Shown: positions 23,942-32,843, counted from the stretch's first letter. The stretch: 32,962 nt of DNA from an uncultured Verrucomicrobiota bacterium (GCA_964599715.1 CAZRGY010000003.1:1-32962), one strand, 5' to 3'. Program-made: numbers and translations. The notes: a model not told the origin generated them from the sequence alone.

Positions 23942-25462
23942 TTATTTGATGATTGATCCGATGTTGCCACCGGTCCAGGTGATGACGGCAGCTTGGACAA
24001 ACGCCGAGGCGAGCACATCCAGCAATTCCTCCGCTTTGACCCATGGGCGGCTGTTCACATAAATGATGTCGCGCGGCTGCAATTTGAAGTCTGGCGTATT
24101 GGCGGAAAGAATTCCCGTGACATCAATGACGAAGGTTTCCGGGTGGTTGAGCGATCCTCTTACCACGAGGACCTTGCCCTTCCACGCCTTCTCGGTGAAA
24201 CCACCACGCTGCGCGATAGCCCCGATCGTGGAAGCGCCCTTCGAATAGCTGACGGCACCGGGATATTTGACTTCACCCAGCACATAAAACTCGCGGATAT
24301 CGGTGGCTGGAAAATAAAGATAATCGTCTGGTTCCAAAGGAATGTTCTGAGAGAGATCACCGGCCAGAAAAAGCTTCTCAAAATCAACAGGCACACGCTG
24401 CCCACGCCGGGCGATAAAGCTATGAGACAGGTCGGCCAGTTCAACCACGTTCCTTTCCGACATACCGGTCTCGAAGCCTCGAGCCCGGGCGATCGCCTCA
24501 ATGACTGTGATCGGCCGGTCCAAAGTGAATACACCTTTCTGCGCTACACGCCCCAGCATGTAGTATTTTTTGCTCTGCAAAGCCACCGGGGAGATCATTG
24601 TACGGGGAGAACGTCGGTATTTACCAAGCTCGTCGTCGAATTTCTGACGCAACTCATCCACCGTCAATCCGGTGGCCATCAAGCCTTGCGCCTCCAAATA
24701 GCTGATCCGGCCGTCAGGACCTATGAACACTTCCTTAACAGTCAGCTCTGGTTCTCCATAAAGAGAAAAGTTGAGCACATCCCCTGCCCCTAATGTCAGG
24801 TGTTCCTGCCAAGGCGCACGCTTCACATTGCTCAGTGCAGAAAAAGATCCTTCCATAACGGAGGGTGGCGCTACTGCTGCTTGAGTCCCGATTTGCGTTT
24901 CTTCCAGCTCGCTAGCGGGCGCAATCCCAGCCGATTGCACTTCGATTGGGGACTCAGCCCCAACCAGTTCAGACGACACAGCATCCCGACGCTGATTGCC
25001 CCAGGAGATAGGTCTGGTAAAGGTAGCCGTGCCTAAGAGGTATTTGCTGATCGGATGGAAGAATTGCACTCTGATCCGGTCTGTAAACATAGGTTCAGGC
25101 TCGCGTAAATAGGTAACCTTGATACTTACAGAACCATCCCCTGTCGCAACCTGAACGGTCTCAATCTGAAAATATGATGACGACTTTGCATCCCCTTTCT
25201 TATCGACCAATGTCACCAACTGGATAGGCGGCTTGCCAAGCCCGCTGTAGTGATAGTCTAAAGTGATCACTTTCGCAGAGGATGTGTTGGGCGTGACTTT
25301 CAAGTTTGAGATTTTGCAGCCTGAAATGGTGAATTCTTGCTGTTCGTTAGTAGTAAGAATCTCACCAAACACCATCAAACCAGAGCAACAAGCCGACAGG
25401 ATGCCCAATACAAGCATTGATATCTGCCTGGCTGAACGGATGAAAATAGATGCGTTTATCAT
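23942..25462 (-). CDS. Second OPX (Wza-like) lipoprotein with about 200-aa N-terminal extension
   Basis: The track start 25477 is TTG. ATG 25462 gives MINASIFIRSARQISMLVLGILSACCSG (lipobox LSAC). Poly_export motif LTLGAGDVLNFSLYGEPEL, then SLBB-like FYVLGEVKYPGAVSY. aa ~30-200 has no motif I recognise. Confidence 0.8.
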   Translation of the reverse strand: MINASIFIRSARQISMLVLGILSACCSGLMVFGEILTTNEQQEFTISGCKISNLKVTPNTSSAKVITLDYHYSGLGKPPIQLVTLVDKKGDAKSSSYFQIETVQVATGDGSVSIKVTYLREPEPMFTDRIRVQFFHPISKYLLGTATFTRPISWGNQRRDAVSSELVGAESPIEVQSAGIAPASELEETQIGTQAAVAPPSVMEGSFSALSNVKRAPWQEHLTLGAGDVLNFSLYGEPELTVKEVFIGPDGRISYLEAQGLMATGLTVDELRQKFDDELGKYRRSPRTMISPVALQSKKYYMLGRVAQKGVFTLDRPITVIEAIARARGFETGMSERNVVELADLSHSFIARRGQRVPVDFEKLFLAGDLSQNIPLEPDDYLYFPATDIREFYVLGEVKYPGAVSYSKGASTIGAIAQRGGFTEKAWKGKVLVVRGSLNHPETFVIDVTGILSANTPDFKLQPRDIIYVNSRPWVKAEELLDVLASAFVQAAVITWTGGNIGSIIK

Positions 25463-25473
25463 GGAAATAGTTC

Positions 25474-27534
25474 TCAAGATGCAACAGGTTCAACCCAACG
25501 TGAGAAATGTGTGTTGAACGCTTTGGAAGAATCATCCGTCAACACGGCTCCCACAATATTACAGCAGGCATTGCGAAGTGTATCAAGCTGGGCGCGGGTC
25601 TCGGTAGCGCTTGCCTTGCCGCTTTCAGACAGCCAGATGAGATTAGGCAGGTTTTCCGCCAACAAGACCGCCTCGGATGAAGAGGCTGGCGGCAGCTCGA
25701 CCAAGATCACCACATTATCGATTTGTTGCCATTGCTCCAAAGCCGCTTTCCATTGTTTGCGCCTTTCCAGATTCCAGACCCAACCGGGCAAAGGGATATG
25801 CACTAGGGGCTGTGCGTCCTCACCTGTCAGCCGTTGGGAAACGACGGAAGGACTGGCTAAAACATTGGGCGTCTGCAGCGCCGTCTCTGAACTCTCTAAT
25901 GTCTCATTCAGCGCAGTGTGCGCGTCCAATTCCGAAGGCCGCGGCGTTTGAACCTCATTCTGGCCAGCAGCTTCCTTGGTAGAGATCGTCAACACTTTGA
26001 ATCCGCACTGGCTGGCTGCTTGGGCCAGCAGATTCAAACATACAGAACGTTCCTCACCGGAGGTTGAGGCCGTGAACCCGCAAACCAACCCTTGATTAGG
26101 ATTCATGCCGATGCGGTTCTGCAGCCTAGTCCAAGCACGAAAGGCCCAGTCTCGGCGTTCTCTCGACGACATGCACTCGAAATTGTCCAACCGAGCCAAA
26201 ACCGGCAATTTAGTGACTCGCTTAACGTCCTCCGCAGTTTTGATGCGATCATCAAAAAGCTCACGCAAAGCCAGGATGAGTGCGGCCAAAATGCCACCTG
26301 AAACCGCACCAAACGCAGTCAAGAAAGCTACTTTAATGGCAGGATCATGCACAATTATTCCGGCCATCGTCGCTGGCAAAAGAATGCGGTAAATACCGGG
26401 AGAACTCTTCTCGAATAACTCCAAAGTATTCTGCCGATTTAGCAGTGTAATTCTGCTCTCCTCCAGCGAGGTGAGTTTTGTACGGATGATGTCCAAATCA
26501 GTCGCAGGCTCTGCGGATAGTCCGGCATCAACAGGCAATAACAGGGGGGGCACAGCTATGTTGTTTGAAGCGGGAGGAACAGGAACAGCAACGTCAGCGG
26601 ATCCAAATAGAAGCATCTGTTTTTCAATGGCACCAATTTTTGATTGCTGAGCCTGCACTAAAGGATGTAGCTCCGTATAGCGGGTAAGCAGATCAAACAA
26701 TTCATCGCGAGCTTGGTCTAGTTTCTTGGAGAGCTGAAGCGTTCGTGTTGGCTTTCCCGCTGGCTCGATTGCTTCAACTACGACAGGCCTAGCCAGTAAA
26801 GCGGCTGCGGAGGCCAACTTGCTACTTGTCCGCCATTGAAGGTTCAACGAGAGGATTTCCCGATTGATCTGCGATAATTGATTCTGAATGTAACGGCTTA
26901 TCTCATTGGCCGATTCCCCTTGCATCTCTTTCGTGTAGTCCACGGCTTCGGAAGCATAGAGATTTGCAGTTTTTAGCGCTTCATCCGCAGTCTTGGCATT
27001 CATCGCCACGGTCAGTATCTCACTGTTTCTTTCCGGCACAATTCGGATGTTTTCACCTAGTTGTGCCTGAGCAGCATACTCCAGCTTACTGCTCACACGT
27101 TCGATGAGATCAGGGGAACGTAACAAGCCGGCAAACGTCTGTGCGGTTACTTGCCGATCTCCGATGATGCTGGCCGTATTGGCTGATTCCTGTCGAACCA
27201 ACTGAGCTGTAGCGGTGTAGCTCTTCTCCCATAGTTCGAGTCCGACCATCAGTCCGAGAACACTCGCACACAAGCAACCCAAAACAATCCAGAGCCACTG
27301 CCTGACAACTAGTCCGGCTAAAGAAAGAAAGTCGAAAGGATACGCAATTGCATTGTTTTGCCCTCCATAAAAACCACCCTCATCGCCAAATTCTTCCCCA
27401 CTTTTATGGTGTACACGGTTGCCAGTTCGCTCATGCGGATAAGCATTTAACACATTCTGATGTGAATCCGTATTCTTCATAAAAACTCTTTTGGCAACTT
27501 TAGCTTTGCAATTCGCCCCTATCATCCACCCCAT
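25474..27534 (-). CDS. Polysaccharide co-polymerase (PCP-2/Wzc-GumC-like chain-length determinant) with degenerate C-terminal P-loop module
   Basis: 686 aa. ATG 27534 is preceded by GGAGGT with a 12-nt spacer. Two hydrophobic helices (aa ~76-100 and ~400-425) flank a long coiled-coil-like periplasmic region. The C-terminal region is collinear with BY-kinase (LVCGFTASTSGEERSVCLNLLAQAASQCGFKVLTIS; NVVILVELPP). Confidence 0.8.
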   Translation of the reverse strand: MGWMIGANCKAKVAKRVFMKNTDSHQNVLNAYPHERTGNRVHHKSGEEFGDEGGFYGGQNNAIAYPFDFLSLAGLVVRQWLWIVLGCLCASVLGLMVGLELWEKSYTATAQLVRQESANTASIIGDRQVTAQTFAGLLRSPDLIERVSSKLEYAAQAQLGENIRIVPERNSEILTVAMNAKTADEALKTANLYASEAVDYTKEMQGESANEISRYIQNQLSQINREILSLNLQWRTSSKLASAAALLARPVVVEAIEPAGKPTRTLQLSKKLDQARDELFDLLTRYTELHPLVQAQQSKIGAIEKQMLLFGSADVAVPVPPASNNIAVPPLLLPVDAGLSAEPATDLDIIRTKLTSLEESRITLLNRQNTLELFEKSSPGIYRILLPATMAGIIVHDPAIKVAFLTAFGAVSGGILAALILALRELFDDRIKTAEDVKRVTKLPVLARLDNFECMSSRERRDWAFRAWTRLQNRIGMNPNQGLVCGFTASTSGEERSVCLNLLAQAASQCGFKVLTISTKEAAGQNEVQTPRPSELDAHTALNETLESSETALQTPNVLASPSVVSQRLTGEDAQPLVHIPLPGWVWNLERRKQWKAALEQWQQIDNVVILVELPPASSSEAVLLAENLPNLIWLSESGKASATETRAQLDTLRNACCNIVGAVLTDDSSKAFNTHFSRWVEPVAS

Positions 27535-27626
27535 AGCAATTTTCTTACCTCCACAGAATAACTCGATTATCTGACTGCACGAAGTAGGTGAAGACCGTAA
27601 GTAGGCAGTCTACAAACCCCAAAAAA

Positions 27627-28256
27627 CTAGGGAACAAGCCCGTTATGAATCGCATAATGGATCAGTTCCGCGCTAGTCTTGAGGCACATCTTCTCCAACA
27701 AGCGCGCACGATATGTACTCACGGTCTTGTCACTCAATGAGAGCTCACGGGCGATTTCCCGCACTGTTTTCCCTTCTCCAATCAAACGCAGCACCTGAAA
27801 TTCGCGGTCTGAAAGAGATTCATGTGGCTGCTTTTGCGGATCGACATCCAGATAAAGCACTAACTTTTCTGCCAATTCCGCGCTCACATAACGCCCTCCT
27901 CCAAGAATCTTTTTAACCGCGCCAACCAACTCCTCAGGAGCACATTCTTTAGTCATGTATCCAGCAGCACCTGAACGTATGACCCTAATGGCGAACTGAT
28001 CCTCCGGGTGCATACTAAGCACAAGGACAGGGAGTTTTGGCCGGGATGCTTTAATATCTTTTAAAACTTCCATTCCACCTCTTCCAGGCATGTTGATATC
28101 GAGTATTACGAGATCCCACCCCTCATTTGTGATCATGCCCAACGCCGAATGTGATGATCCAGCCTCACCAAATACCGCCTTCCGAAATGATTCATTTAAG
28201 ATTTGCTTAAGCCCGCGTCTTACCACGGCGTGGTCATCAACTATGAGTATTCGCAT
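27627..28256 (-). CDS. NarL/FixJ-family response regulator (REC + LuxR-type HTH)
   Basis: 209 aa. MRILIVDDHAVVRRGL, phospho-acceptor context DLVILDINMPGRGG, PVLVLSMH, HTH LSDREFQVLRLIGEGKTVREIARELSLSDKTVSTYRARLLEKM. Confidence 0.92.
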   Translation of the reverse strand: MRILIVDDHAVVRRGLKQILNESFRKAVFGEAGSSHSALGMITNEGWDLVILDINMPGRGGMEVLKDIKASRPKLPVLVLSMHPEDQFAIRVIRSGAAGYMTKECAPEELVGAVKKILGGGRYVSAELAEKLVLYLDVDPQKQPHESLSDREFQVLRLIGEGKTVREIARELSLSDKTVSTYRARLLEKMCLKTSAELIHYAIHNGLVP

Positions 28257-28309
28257 AGTTGTAGGCCTCAGAGAAGATCGCCTGCTGACACTGCACTGCT
28301 AAGGACGGC

Positions 28310-29983
28310 TTATGCAAACCACCTGCTCTCCAAGGGCGAAATACTTGCTGTAGCAAGTTCGGCGAACTGGGGTTCATTGTCGAGCCGGCCATAGTCCAGC
28401 TTTAATAACCGATCCGCCAGGTGGAAATATTTGTCATCATGGGTGATGACTAGGACAGTCTTACCTTTGCTTCTCAACTCTGGCAGCAATTGTTCATAGA
28501 ACAGTTGCTTGAAAAGGGGATCCTGATCAGAAGCCCATTCATCAAACATGTAGAAAGGACGATCCTCAAGATACGCCGTCAGCAGAGCCAAGCGCTTTCG
28601 TTGTCCTTGAGACAAAGCAATCGTAGAGAGTTTACCGTTGTGGATCTTAACTTTGTGCGCCAGATGCAGATGCTCCAAGTAATGACGTGCCTGCTCATCC
28701 AGACCACCAGATTTCAATCCGAGCAGACTTTCAAACACATGAAAGTCAGAAAAAACAGCTGAGAATATCTGACGATAATCATCGCGGCTTTGTTCTGTCA
28801 CCGGTTTGCCGTTCCAGAGTATGCGACCATTCTCGGGTGGATAAAGACCCGTAATCAATTTGGCCAAGGTGGATTTACCGCTACCATTACCCCCTACAAG
28901 ATAGATTATCTCGCCCGGTTGAAAACGCAGATTTATGGGACCAAGGATGAACTTCTCATCTTCCTTTTCGCGATGATAGGAATGGGTTATGTTTTCCAGT
29001 TCCAAACTGAGAAACGGAATCTGTTCAGCCTTCTCACCAGTAGGCTTGATAGATTCTTCCTCTGCAACCAAGGAAGCCCCCATTGCTTCAATCTTTCCAA
29101 AGGAGATATTACCACGGCTAAAGGCCGAGATGCTTCCAAGAACACCCGCCAAAGGTCCCATCAGATACAGAGTCGTCACAACATAGCCAGTGAGTGTGGC
29201 AGAACTCATGGCCTCCATTTGTGGCAATCCAAAGAGGATCACTCCCACCAACATAAAGAAAAGGACCTGAGTCCACGTATGCGCGATGATAAAGCGGATC
29301 TCCGCTGAAATATTGTTTTGCGAGAACCTTTCTGTAATCGCCTGAATATCAGTCATGAACTCAGTGCGTCGTTCACGATGCAGTTTCAATTCCTTGATGC
29401 CCTCAGTTAAGCCACGAAAACCGGCGAATAAATGATCCTCTCCCTCTCTCGCTTGAGCCAGGTGACTGAATCCCGCCACAATGAGCAAACGATACGCCAC
29501 CGTGCCCAATAGTATAAATAGAGCCATACTCAAAGCCACTTTCCACGAAAGCCAGCCAAGGTACATGGCGCCACCAAAAAGGATTGCAACATTCACGGCA
29601 AAAGTCGGGATCATGAGCAAAGCTTGTGTCACATGTGAAATGTCTTCGCTAAGAGTGACCATGATTCTGGCCGCGCCAATCTCCTCCAATCGTCTAAGCG
29701 GGACAGCAAGAATTCGTTTCACGAGATTACATCGAAGATTGGCAATGGTTTGCTGTGAAAACCGTATCAACATCACTTGCGCAGCGAAAGAAGACACCAG
29801 TTTTCCCATAGCCAGTGCGATGAACCCGAAAAGCAGCTTATAAGTCAAACCGGCATCCTGGTTCAGAACGAAAGTGATCAGCGCTATCAAAGCGGCATTA
29901 CATATTCCTCCAAGCGCAGCGATGATGAAGGTAAAAACCATCAACTTACGCCCTGTCCCCAACAAATATTGGATCATTTTCAT
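28310..29983 (-). CDS. ABC half-transporter (TMD-NBD fusion), cyclic-peptide-exporter-like family
   Basis: The track start 29986 is TTG. ATG at 29983. Six hydrophobic helices, then NBD: Walker A LVGGNGSGKST, signature LSQGQRKRL, Walker B FYMFDEWASDQDP, then FKQLFYEQLLPELRSKGKTVLVITHDDKYF. Confidence 0.85.
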   Translation of the reverse strand: MKMIQYLLGTGRKLMVFTFIIAALGGICNAALIALITFVLNQDAGLTYKLLFGFIALAMGKLVSSFAAQVMLIRFSQQTIANLRCNLVKRILAVPLRRLEEIGAARIMVTLSEDISHVTQALLMIPTFAVNVAILFGGAMYLGWLSWKVALSMALFILLGTVAYRLLIVAGFSHLAQAREGEDHLFAGFRGLTEGIKELKLHRERRTEFMTDIQAITERFSQNNISAEIRFIIAHTWTQVLFFMLVGVILFGLPQMEAMSSATLTGYVVTTLYLMGPLAGVLGSISAFSRGNISFGKIEAMGASLVAEEESIKPTGEKAEQIPFLSLELENITHSYHREKEDEKFILGPINLRFQPGEIIYLVGGNGSGKSTLAKLITGLYPPENGRILWNGKPVTEQSRDDYRQIFSAVFSDFHVFESLLGLKSGGLDEQARHYLEHLHLAHKVKIHNGKLSTIALSQGQRKRLALLTAYLEDRPFYMFDEWASDQDPLFKQLFYEQLLPELRSKGKTVLVITHDDKYFHLADRLLKLDYGRLDNEPQFAELATASISPLESRWFA

Positions 29984-30254
29984 CAAAGTCTCTGAGCTCT
30001 TTTTATTTCCTTTAACCTCTCCGGAATTGGCACCAGCCGAACTAGAGTAGAATCACAGAAGCTTGCACTCACAGTAGGTGATGACCTCACACTTAGTTAA
30101 AATGCACCGCAGCTTTTCAATCTCCTCGCACTCAACCCGCAATTTCGGCGGGTAAAGGCCTGATAACAGTTCAATCCGCGTTGACGCATCCTGAGACACG
30201 CTAGTCTGGCGGATTTCAGACGAGTCTATTGTAAAGCTTAATTTATTGAACACT
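29984..30254. promoter_or_regulatory. Divergent intergenic region (ABC/regulator/export train versus GT26-STAS operon)
   Basis: 271 bp between divergent ATGs 29983 (minus) and 30255 (plus). Contains a GC-rich 6-bp hairpin ACCCGC/GCGGGT at 30135-30153 and a questionable 74-codon ORF (30053-30277, minus). Confidence 0.4.
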
Positions 30255-31412
30255 ATGGCCAGGTTTCCTTTTGTCATTTGTGGCGTTCCCTTTGATCAGG
30301 TAACGATGGATGAATCTGTGGCCATAGTTCAGCAGATGATCGCCTCAAAGCGCCCCCATCACGTTGTCACTGCAAATGTCGATTTCCTCGTTCAATCTCT
30401 TGCCGACAGGGATCTCCACCGAATTTTTCTTCATGCACATCTTCTCCTTTGTGATGGCACCCCGCTTATTTGGGCTTCACGTTTCTTAGGGAATCCACTG
30501 CCGGAAAGAGTGGCAGGAGCTGACCTTGCACCTAAGCTGATCAAACTGGCGGAAGAAAAGAAATACCGGATCTACTTACTCGGTGGCAGCTACGAATCAA
30601 ATACTGCCGCAGTAAGAAAGCTGAAGCAGGACCATCCAAACCTGATCATAGCTGGAAATCATTCCCCTCCCTTCGCACCACTGTCCAGCATGGATCATGC
30701 AGACATTTGTAAACGCATACGACTGGCCAAGCCTGATATCCTGCTGGTTTCATTCGGGTGCCCAAAACAAGAAAAATGGATTGCCAGGCACCATCGAACA
30801 TTGGGAGTACCTGTTTCGATCGGAGTCGGTGCTGTCATAGATTTCTTCGCCCAGAGGGTAAAAAGAGCTCCAGTGTGGATGCAACGGTCCGGGACAGAGT
30901 GGATATTCCGTCTCTTACAAGAACCGAAGCGTCTATTCCGGCGTTATTTAGTCGACCTTTATTGTATCAGTTTCGCGATAATATCAGAACAATGGCATAT
31001 CATTACCAGAACCTCTCCGCCGATTGATCCGTTGCAAGAACTGTTGATCGAAAAAGAACTTCAGTGGCACCGGGTACAAACCCCAAATCGATTGGATTCC
31101 AACTCGATTCAAACTAATTCAGCTATCTGGCACAACATACGTGGGCGTAATTATGTGCTAGACTTGGAAAATGTCGGTTTCATTGATGGCGTAGGCGTAG
31201 GGTTGTTAATCCGATTGCACCACCGATTAAAACAGGAAGGCCACATGCTCCTGCTTTCACGAGCCTCAAAAGTGGTCTGTGCAACACTTAACAGAAGACG
31301 GCTAAATGAGCATTTCAACATGGTTCAAAATGATTTTGAGGCCAGTCAAGCAATTGCAAATCACCGTCGTGGACAGAATCTCCCCTCAATAGAGACCCCA
31401 GAATTGAACTGA
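30255..31412 (+). CDS. WecB/TagA/CpsF-family (GT26) glycosyltransferase fused to a C-terminal STAS domain
   Basis: The track start 30246 is TTG. ATG at 30255 (MARFPFVICGVPFD). GT26 motifs HVVTANVDFLVQ, LLLCDGTPLIWASRFLG, YLLGG, ILLVSFGCPKQEKWI, GVGAVIDFFAQRVKRAPVWMQRSGTEWIFRLLQEPKRL. STAS-like tail at about 31038-31361 (NYVLDLENVGFIDGVGVGLLIRLHHRLKQEGHMLLLS). Confidence 0.8.
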   Translation: MARFPFVICGVPFDQVTMDESVAIVQQMIASKRPHHVVTANVDFLVQSLADRDLHRIFLHAHLLLCDGTPLIWASRFLGNPLPERVAGADLAPKLIKLAEEKKYRIYLLGGSYESNTAAVRKLKQDHPNLIIAGNHSPPFAPLSSMDHADICKRIRLAKPDILLVSFGCPKQEKWIARHHRTLGVPVSIGVGAVIDFFAQRVKRAPVWMQRSGTEWIFRLLQEPKRLFRRYLVDLYCISFAIISEQWHIITRTSPPIDPLQELLIEKELQWHRVQTPNRLDSNSIQTNSAIWHNIRGRNYVLDLENVGFIDGVGVGLLIRLHHRLKQEGHMLLLSRASKVVCATLNRRRLNEHFNMVQNDFEASQAIANHRRGQNLPSIETPELN

Positions 31413-31413
31413 A

Positions 31414-32559
31414 ATGAATATCGGCATTTCCACTTCAGTTGTGCAGCGTGGTAAAACAGGGGTGGGGCAATATATTCTGGCTCTCGTACGAGCGCTCATT
31501 GCAGCAAAATCACCACACCGATTCATTCTATTTGTATTAGAAGATGATCTACCACTGTTCGCCTTCGCCCGAGAGGACATGACGCTGGTCTCTGTACCTG
31601 AACGCCACCGCTCACCGTTGCTTAACATCATCTGGCACCAAATCACGCTACCCAAGCTTGTCCGCCAGCACAAAATTGACGTCCTTCATATCCCGAGTTA
31701 CCGCCGGATGCTGTGGCGGCACCCGTGTCCACTTGTGGCCACAATCCACGATCTGGCACCACTATGCGTCAAAGGAAAATATGATTTGCTGAGGACATTC
31801 TATGCCAGGTGGGTCGTCAAACATCTCGCGAAAAGACAGGACCAGATTATCGCGGTCAGCAATAACACGGCTCAAGATATAAAACATTTTTTCCTTACAC
31901 CCTCATCCAAACTCAATGTAGTGCATAACGGGGTTGATCATAGCCACTATTATTCAGAAAATGTCGATTGTTCAAAGGCATTGATCACTCAGCGATATGG
32001 CCTCACTTCGCCATTCTTCCTTTATGTTTCCCGACTGGAGCATCCCGGGAAAAACCACATCCGCCTCATCAAAGCATTTGAAATGCTCCATAAAAGCCAT
32101 CCTGACTGGCGTCTTGTCTTCGCTGGCAGCGATTGGGACGGAGCTGAAATCATTCACGAAGCAGTGAGCAAATCAAATTGCAAAAACTCTATTCGCTCGC
32201 TCGGATTTGTACCAAGTGAAGTGTTGCCTGATTTAATGCGAGCCGCAGAAGTCTTTGTTTATCCATCACTCTATGAGGGATTCGGGCTTCCTATCGCTGA
32301 AGCTATGGCTTGCGGCTGCCCTGTGATTTGCTCCAATTGCAACAGTATGTTGGAAGTCGCAGGCGACGCCGCAGCGACAGCTAACCCTGAGAATGTGCTA
32401 GCATGGAAAACTCAATTGAAGCGTTTGGCAAGTAATCCACATCTGCGCAGAAAGCATGCATTGGCTGGATTGCAACGTGCGCGTAGTTTTGATTGGAAAC
32501 ATACAGCCTCCGCATCGATCAAGGTATTTGAAGCCGCTGGGGGTTTGGGGCAGACTTAA
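31414..32559 (+). CDS. Family 4 (GT-B) glycosyltransferase
   Basis: 381 aa. Starts 1 nt after the GT26-STAS stop. C-terminal signature [26 protein letters not shown]. Confidence 0.9.
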   Translation: MNIGISTSVVQRGKTGVGQYILALVRALIAAKSPHRFILFVLEDDLPLFAFAREDMTLVSVPERHRSPLLNIIWHQITLPKLVRQHKIDVLHIPSYRRMLWRHPCPLVATIHDLAPLCVKGKYDLLRTFYARWVVKHLAKRQDQIIAVSNNTAQDIKHFFLTPSSKLNVVHNGVDHSHYYSENVDCSKALITQRYGLTSPFFLYVSRLEHPGKNHIRLIKAFEMLHKSHPDWRLVFAGSDWDGAEIIHEAVSKSNCKNSIRSLGFVPSEVLPDLMRAAEVFVYPSLYEGFGLPIAEAMACGCPVICSNCNSMLEVAGDAAATANPENVLAWKTQLKRLASNPHLRRKHALAGLQRARSFDWKHTASASIKVFEAAGGLGQT

Positions 32560-32843
32560 ACCCATGGCATTCCATATGACGTAATTGTAATACCCCCTAT
32601 GCCGATCATCAAAATTAGATACCCGTCATGCAGATGCCAAGGAGGTGCCCCAGAGGATAGGGACTGAAGAAACATTCCACATGACGAATATAAAATTCAA
32701 ATCCACTTACTTTTTCGAAATAAGACAGCAAGACATTTTTAAATCGATTCTGGTTGCGATTCAGTGAAGCCATTTTTCACAAAAAACTACCGTATGGGTT
32801 GTGCTTACTAAAACTGTGCTTACATGATTCCGCCTAAATGAAA

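Noticed and set aside
23993-24793. 266-aa plus-strand ORF antisense to the second Wza-like gene
   Set aside because: Nested antisense to a frame with clear Poly_export/SLBB motifs, and it has no motifs of its own.
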